A stretch of DNA of 64,000 bases, from assembly GCA_036302225.1 (NCBI GenBank), contig JAXJCX010000059.1, positions 7,133 through 71,132 on the forward strand. Reading direction: 5' to 3'. The position numbers and the translations under genes are program-made. The notes beneath the pieces are model-generated. The model saw only the letters and a list, made by a program, of their open reading frames with translations, did not search any database and was not told the DNA's origin. Origin of the DNA: Collinsella sp. Lineage in GTDB: Bacteria > Actinomycetota > Coriobacteriia > Coriobacteriales > Coriobacteriaceae. This document shows, in pieces, positions 59,859 through 64,000 of the stretch. Position 1 is the first letter of the stretch, and every line of letters starts with the position of its first letter.

Positions 59859-60754
59859 TGAAGCTTTCGCATGAATCCAAGGTACGCTTGGGCGTTGGCA
59901 TCGGAGCGTTTGTGCTCATCATCGGACTTATATTTGGTGCTTCGCGGCTACTGGCTCATTCCAATATGGTGCGAACGACCGGTATTCTATCTGGCCATTT
60001 GTTTGATTTTGACGATATGTTTGACGAGGACGATTCCTTGAATAGCGGTAGCTATTCCGCTCAGCCTCAGCAACTTTCGAGTGCGACCTTTGATGCCGAT
60101 GAGTTCCGCTACCTCGATTTCGATATCGATGCGGCTACGGTGGACGTCAAGGTTGTTGATGGCAACAAGGCTCGCGTTATCGAGCGGGGACGCGTTGCCA
60201 ATGGTATGGATGTCTCCAAGGCCGCGACGCAGAACATCGCATCCGTCGAGGACTCGACGCTCAAGGTTTCTCAGTTTGGAAGTGATGACGGTAAGGCAAT
60301 TGACCGCTCGGTTACGGTTGAGCTGCCGCGCCGTGTTGCCGAACATCTGAAGGGAATCAACGCGCACGTGGGCTCGGGTGATCTGCAGATTGCCGGTGTC
60401 ACCTGTGATGGTTTCGACCTTTTCCTGGGTGCGGGAGATGTAGAGTTTGCGGGCAGCGTGATTGATGCGCTTAGTGCAGAGGTCGGGTCGGGCGATGTAA
60501 CGTTCGAGCTCTACCAGGCCCCCGCGAAGTCGATGGACGTGAGTGTGGGCTCGGGCGATGTGGAGATGACGGTTCCGAACTCGACGGGCTTTAAGGCGAG
60601 CCTCACCTTGGGCAGCGGCGACTTCGAGAGCGATTTCCTTCCGCTTGGCTACGACGGCGAGACCATTTTGAATCTTGAATTCGATAACGGTGACAAGTCT
60701 GCCACGTATCGTTTTGAGGTTGGTTCGGGCGACATGTCGTTTGATTCGGAGTAG
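59855..60754 (+). CDS. DUF4097-like beta-repeat protein with N-terminal TM anchor
   Basis: ATGA overlap with the upstream gene. Repeated GSGD(V/L)... units (VGSGDLQI, LGAGDVEF, VGSGDVTF, VGSGDVEM, LGSGDFES, VGSGDMSF). Confidence 0.65.
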   Translation: MMKLSHESKVRLGVGIGAFVLIIGLIFGASRLLAHSNMVRTTGILSGHLFDFDDMFDEDDSLNSGSYSAQPQQLSSATFDADEFRYLDFDIDAATVDVKVVDGNKARVIERGRVANGMDVSKAATQNIASVEDSTLKVSQFGSDDGKAIDRSVTVELPRRVAEHLKGINAHVGSGDLQIAGVTCDGFDLFLGAGDVEFAGSVIDALSAEVGSGDVTFELYQAPAKSMDVSVGSGDVEMTVPNSTGFKASLTLGSGDFESDFLPLGYDGETILNLEFDNGDKSATYRFEVGSGDMSFDSE

Positions 60755-60853
60755 TGAGGCAGACGAAAGCCTAGGCGAAGATATAGACGCGCTGTTTGAT
60801 GAAGGCGCCGAAGCCGAGATTGGCTCCGGCGCCTTTGCCTTTACAATGGGGGC

Positions 60854-62761
60854 ATGGAACAGATTATCTTGAACATACTCGAGGCTCTGCGTCGCGGCGA
60901 GACCGTGGACGACAAAGCGCTCGTCAAACTGATACATGCCGAGGCGCGTCGTGAGGGTGCCGACAAACGCGATTTGGCCAAGCGCCGCCTGCTGCCGTTT
61001 TACCAGCGGGTGAAGCGCGAGGAGCCGGCACGTTGGGCTGGGTGGAACGTCGATTCCGATCTGGAGCGTCAACTGCTGCAGGTGTTGCGCATGAAGCCGC
61101 GCCGCACGGCTTCGGGCGTGGCGACCATTACCGTCATCACCAAGCCGTGGCCGTGCTCGGGCGATTGCCTGTTTTGCCCCAACGACCTGCGCATGCCCAA
61201 GAGCTATCTGCACGCTGAGCCGGCGTGTGCCCGTGCGGAGCAAAATTGCTTCGATCCGTATCTGCAGGTGAGTGCCCGTTTGACGGCGCTTTCGCAGATG
61301 GGGCATGCGACCGACAAGATAGAGCTCATCGTGCTCGGTGGCACCTGGAGCGACTATCCGCAAGGGTATCAGACGTGGTTTATGTCGGAACTTTTCCGTG
61401 CGCTCAATGACGATGCCGTCGCCGGCGTGGCGGCCAACCCCATGTTGGCGCGTCCGGGCATCAGCCGTGCCGAGGCGGGGCGCCTGCTCGATGACGCTCC
61501 CGCTGATGCCCTGCCGCCGGTGGTAACAGAGCGCCGCGAGCGCTATCGGGCTGCCGGCATTGCGACAGACGAGGTCGAGCTTGCAGCAGGTGTTGCCGGC
61601 GAGCAGGGGCGTGTGGATGCTGCCGTGGGCGGCTATAACCGTGCGGTGCGTCGTCTGTACGGCCCTGGTACGCCGTGGGGCGAGGTCGCCGAGTGGCAGA
61701 CGGCCACGATGGAAGAGCTTGAGCGCCAGCAGCGCATCAACGAGACGGCGAAGCATCGCGTGGTGGGGCTCGTCATCGAGACGCGCCCCGATGCTGTAAC
61801 GCCGCAGGCGCTTACGCTTATCCGCCGCCTGGGCTGCACCAAGATCCAGATGGGCATCCAGAGCCTCGACCAGCACCTGCTCGATATCAACGAGCGTCGC
61901 ATTTCGGTGGCGCAGATTGAGCGGGCGTTTTCGCTTGCACGCCTGTTTGGCTTTAAGATCCACGCGCATTTTATGCTCAACTTGCTGGGCGCCACGCCCG
62001 AGGGGGACAAGCGTGACTACGAGTGCTTTATGACCGAGGGGGCCTTTATGCCCGACGAGGTCAAGGTCTACCCGTGTGCGCTCATCGAGGGCTCGCGTCT
62101 GGTGGGTTGCTATGAGCGCGGCGAGTGGCGTCCCTATACCGAGGAAGAGCTGCTCGATGTGCTGGCCGACGACATCGTGGTGACACCGGCGTTCTGCCGC
62201 ATCAGTCGCATGATCCGCGACTTTAGCTCCGACGACATCATGGTGGGCAACAAGAAGCCCAACCTGCGCCAGCTCGTTGAGAACCGCCTGGCTGCTCGGG
62301 GTGATGGTGCGACGGTGCGTGAGATTCGCTATCGCGAGATCAGCACGGCGGGTGCCGACCTGGACGAGTTGACCCTTGACGAGGAAGTGGCGTACGAGAC
62401 GCCGGTGACGCGCGAGCGCTTTTTGCAGTGGGTGACGCCGCAGGGCAAGATCGCGGGCTTTTTGCGGTTGTCGCTGCCCGATCGCGCTTTTGTTGCCGCA
62501 CATGCGGACGAGTTGCCGACGATGCCGGACGAGGCGATGATTCGCGAGGTACACGTGTATGGCATGGCGGCGCGCGTGGGGGATCAAGGCCAGGCGGCCC
62601 AGCACCATGGATTGGGACGGTCGCTGGTGGAGCGTGCGTGCCATATTGCTCGGGACGCGGGCTATGCGCGCATCAACGTGATTAGCGCGATTGGCACACG
62701 CGAGTACTATCGCCATCTTGGATTTTATGACCATGGCCTTTATCTGCAAAAGGAGCTCTAG
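60854..62761 (+). CDS. elp3: Elp3-type radical-SAM / GNAT acetyltransferase (bacterial Elongator protein 3 homologue)
   Basis: RTASGVATITVITKPWPCSGDCLFCPN (Fe-S cluster Cys motif), IELIVLGGTWSDYP, VGLVIETRPD, KIQMGIQS, KVYPC, and the C-terminal KAT/GNAT block REVHVYG...HHGLGRSL...ISAIGTREYYRHLGF. Collinear with eukaryotic/archaeal Elp3 as recalled. Confidence 0.85.
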   Translation: MEQIILNILEALRRGETVDDKALVKLIHAEARREGADKRDLAKRRLLPFYQRVKREEPARWAGWNVDSDLERQLLQVLRMKPRRTASGVATITVITKPWPCSGDCLFCPNDLRMPKSYLHAEPACARAEQNCFDPYLQVSARLTALSQMGHATDKIELIVLGGTWSDYPQGYQTWFMSELFRALNDDAVAGVAANPMLARPGISRAEAGRLLDDAPADALPPVVTERRERYRAAGIATDEVELAAGVAGEQGRVDAAVGGYNRAVRRLYGPGTPWGEVAEWQTATMEELERQQRINETAKHRVVGLVIETRPDAVTPQALTLIRRLGCTKIQMGIQSLDQHLLDINERRISVAQIERAFSLARLFGFKIHAHFMLNLLGATPEGDKRDYECFMTEGAFMPDEVKVYPCALIEGSRLVGCYERGEWRPYTEEELLDVLADDIVVTPAFCRISRMIRDFSSDDIMVGNKKPNLRQLVENRLAARGDGATVREIRYREISTAGADLDELTLDEEVAYETPVTRERFLQWVTPQGKIAGFLRLSLPDRAFVAAHADELPTMPDEAMIREVHVYGMAARVGDQGQAAQHHGLGRSLVERACHIARDAGYARINVISAIGTREYYRHLGFYDHGLYLQKEL

Positions 62762-63640
62762 ATGAACAAGCCGAGTGTTTCTGCCGGCGTCGTTGCCGGC
62801 GTTGCTCTGGGAGCCGCGGCGCTTGGTGCGGCTGCTGTCGCTGTTCGTGCTGCCTGTCTGCAGGTTGCGCGAACCCGCAATGGGTTGGCGCGTGTGAAAC
62901 GCGTGCACAATGAGAGCGACGATGAGATTCGCGTCTTGGTGCAAGGCGGCGTCTACCAAAGCGCAAGCTACGTTGGCGAGCGTTGGGCGGAGCCGGTCTT
63001 TGCGTACTATCGCGCATTTGACGATGTGTTTGAGGCCGAGGACGCAATGCGTGATGCTTGCGGGCATGGTATCGACCGCATGCTTATGCTGGGCGGCGGC
63101 GGGTTTGCCTATCCCAAGTTTGCGCTGATGTCGCACGAGGGCTTGCGCATGGACGTCATCGAGTATGACGGAGAGATTACGCGCCTGGCGCGCCGCTGGT
63201 TCTACCTAGACGAGCTGGAGCGTACGGTTGGCGATCGCCTGCGGGTAATCACTGCCGAGGCTCGCTCGTATCTGGGTGTGACGAGCGTGGGGCATCGTCG
63301 CTACGACGTGATCGTGAGCGATTGCTTTGGTGGTGCCGAGCCCGTGCGCGAGCTAGCAACCGTTGAGGCGCTGCGTCTGGCGCGGGGTAGCTTGAATACC
63401 GGTGGCGTCTATGTTGCCAATATCGTGAGCGCAAGCGAGGGGAGCGATGTGACGTTCCTTCGCGATTGCGTTGCCACGGCACTCGAGGTATTCGCCCACG
63501 CCTGGGTGGTCCCATGTGGCGATACAGAGTTCGGCGGCGAGGAAAACTACCTGCTCATCGCCAGCGACGGCGACTATGTCTTTGCCGAAGCCGTGCCCTT
63601 CGACGCCGACTTCCTCGGCGCCGCCCTCCACGACAAGTAA
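62762..63640 (+). CDS. Spermidine-synthase-like class I SAM-dependent transferase with N-terminal TM segment
   Basis: The ATG directly abuts the elp3 TAG. ...MLMLGGGGFAYPKF...DVIEYDGEI...YDVIVSDCFGG... Confidence 0.65.
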   Translation: MNKPSVSAGVVAGVALGAAALGAAAVAVRAACLQVARTRNGLARVKRVHNESDDEIRVLVQGGVYQSASYVGERWAEPVFAYYRAFDDVFEAEDAMRDACGHGIDRMLMLGGGGFAYPKFALMSHEGLRMDVIEYDGEITRLARRWFYLDELERTVGDRLRVITAEARSYLGVTSVGHRRYDVIVSDCFGGAEPVRELATVEALRLARGSLNTGGVYVANIVSASEGSDVTFLRDCVATALEVFAHAWVVPCGDTEFGGEENYLLIASDGDYVFAEAVPFDADFLGAALHDK

Positions 63641-63666
63641 GTCTCCCCGTCCCAAAAAGACTGGTC

Positions 63667-64000
63667 TTAGGTGTGGTCGCGCCAGCTGCGGACGCGCTGC
63701 CTCATGCCCTCTATGTCGAGCACGCCTTCGGCGAAGCCTTTGCGCACGAGCTCTTCGGGAACAAACTCGTCGTAGCGATCAAAATAAGGCACCTCGCCGG
63801 GATAGACGAGCTCGATGGGATCGAAGTCCTTCTCGGCCTCGGCGGCGAGCACCTCAAAGAACGTCTCTTCGTCGGCCTTCATCTTAAACTGCATAAAGTA
63901 CGGGCGTGAAGGGCCGAGTCCGCGAAGGCCCAGCTCCGCGGCACATTTAATCTTGAGCATGCGCTCGAGTGCCAAAAAGGCGTAGCTGCCCAACCAGGGG
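63667..64000 (-). CDS. Hypothetical protein, C-terminal part (reading frame stays open to the right edge of the window)
   Basis: ORF 63667..63993 and beyond. ...ELVYPGEVPYFDRYDEFVPEELVRKGFAEGVLDIEGM... No family recognised. Confidence 0.4.
   Translation of the reverse strand, partial: PWLGSYAFLALERMLKIKCAAELGLRGLGPSRPYFMQFKMKADEETFFEVLAAEAEKDFDPIELVYPGEVPYFDRYDEFVPEELVRKGFAEGVLDIEGMRQRVRSWRDHT

Noticed and set aside
59987-63136. 1049-aa ORF on the minus strand, the longest ORF in the window
   Set aside because: It lies antisense to three genes with strong family signatures (DUF4097-like, Elp3, SpeE-like). Its translation is R/H/A/L-rich with no motifs and no RBS. This is a typical stop-poor antisense frame in high-GC DNA.
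1-64000. Prophage, integrative element or classical defence island (restriction-modification, CRISPR-Cas, toxin-antitoxin pairs, transposases, integrases)
   Set aside because: I scanned all ORF translations and found no integrase, transposase, recombinase, phage structural, Cas or methylase/restriction pair signatures. The only mobile-looking features are the non-autonomous MITE-like repeats.

Overview
High-GC (over 60% by eye, not computed) chromosomal segment from a Gram-positive anaerobe. The gene content looks Coriobacteriia/Collinsella-like, but that taxonomic guess is inference only. I support about 57 protein-coding genes on both strands. They cover:
- **rRNA/tRNA modification:** rlmA, rsmJ, trmL, trmB and a bacterial Elp3 homologue.
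- **Cofactor operons:** a TPP-riboswitch-controlled thiM-ykoF-thiE operon, and pdxST with divergent pdxR.
- **Transport:** MATE, NCS2 purine permease, Kup, EamA, MFS and a PTS EIIBC with a LicT-type antiterminator.
- **c-di-GMP signalling:** two tandem paralogous proteins.
- **Metabolism and stress:** a choloylglycine (bile-salt) hydrolase, a reverse rubrerythrin and an Fe-ADH/ALDH pair.
- **Poorly characterised genes:** several, listed in the features.

I found no rRNA, tRNA, CRISPR array, transposase, integrase or phage structural gene.

The parts most worth a second look are:
1. Seven intergenic hairpins, all on the top strand, with a conserved CAAAGG-GACAG core and co-varying outer stems.
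2. Three copies of a ~118-bp MITE-like element. Two of them bracket a lower-GC DUF559-type gene.
3. A UvrA paralogue that nearly abuts (1-nt gap) one Orc1/Cdc6-like P-loop ATPase, is flanked by a diverged paralogue of it, and sits next to a TetM/EF-G-like GTPase.
4. A bacterial Elp3 carrying a large insertion, abutting a membrane-anchored class-I transferase in a tRNA-modification neighbourhood.
5. A MarR-like protein with an acidic head and an RGG-repeat tail.
6. A HIRAN, microprotein and metallophosphoesterase module preceded by a toxin-like 24-aa hydrophobic peptide.
7. A short peptide-deformylase paralogue whose HExxH glutamate is replaced by Met.
8. An HTH-AlaA fusion with an internal RBS/ATG and AAATTGAAC operator-like repeats.

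All family assignments come from reading motifs in the translations. No database search or structure prediction was run.
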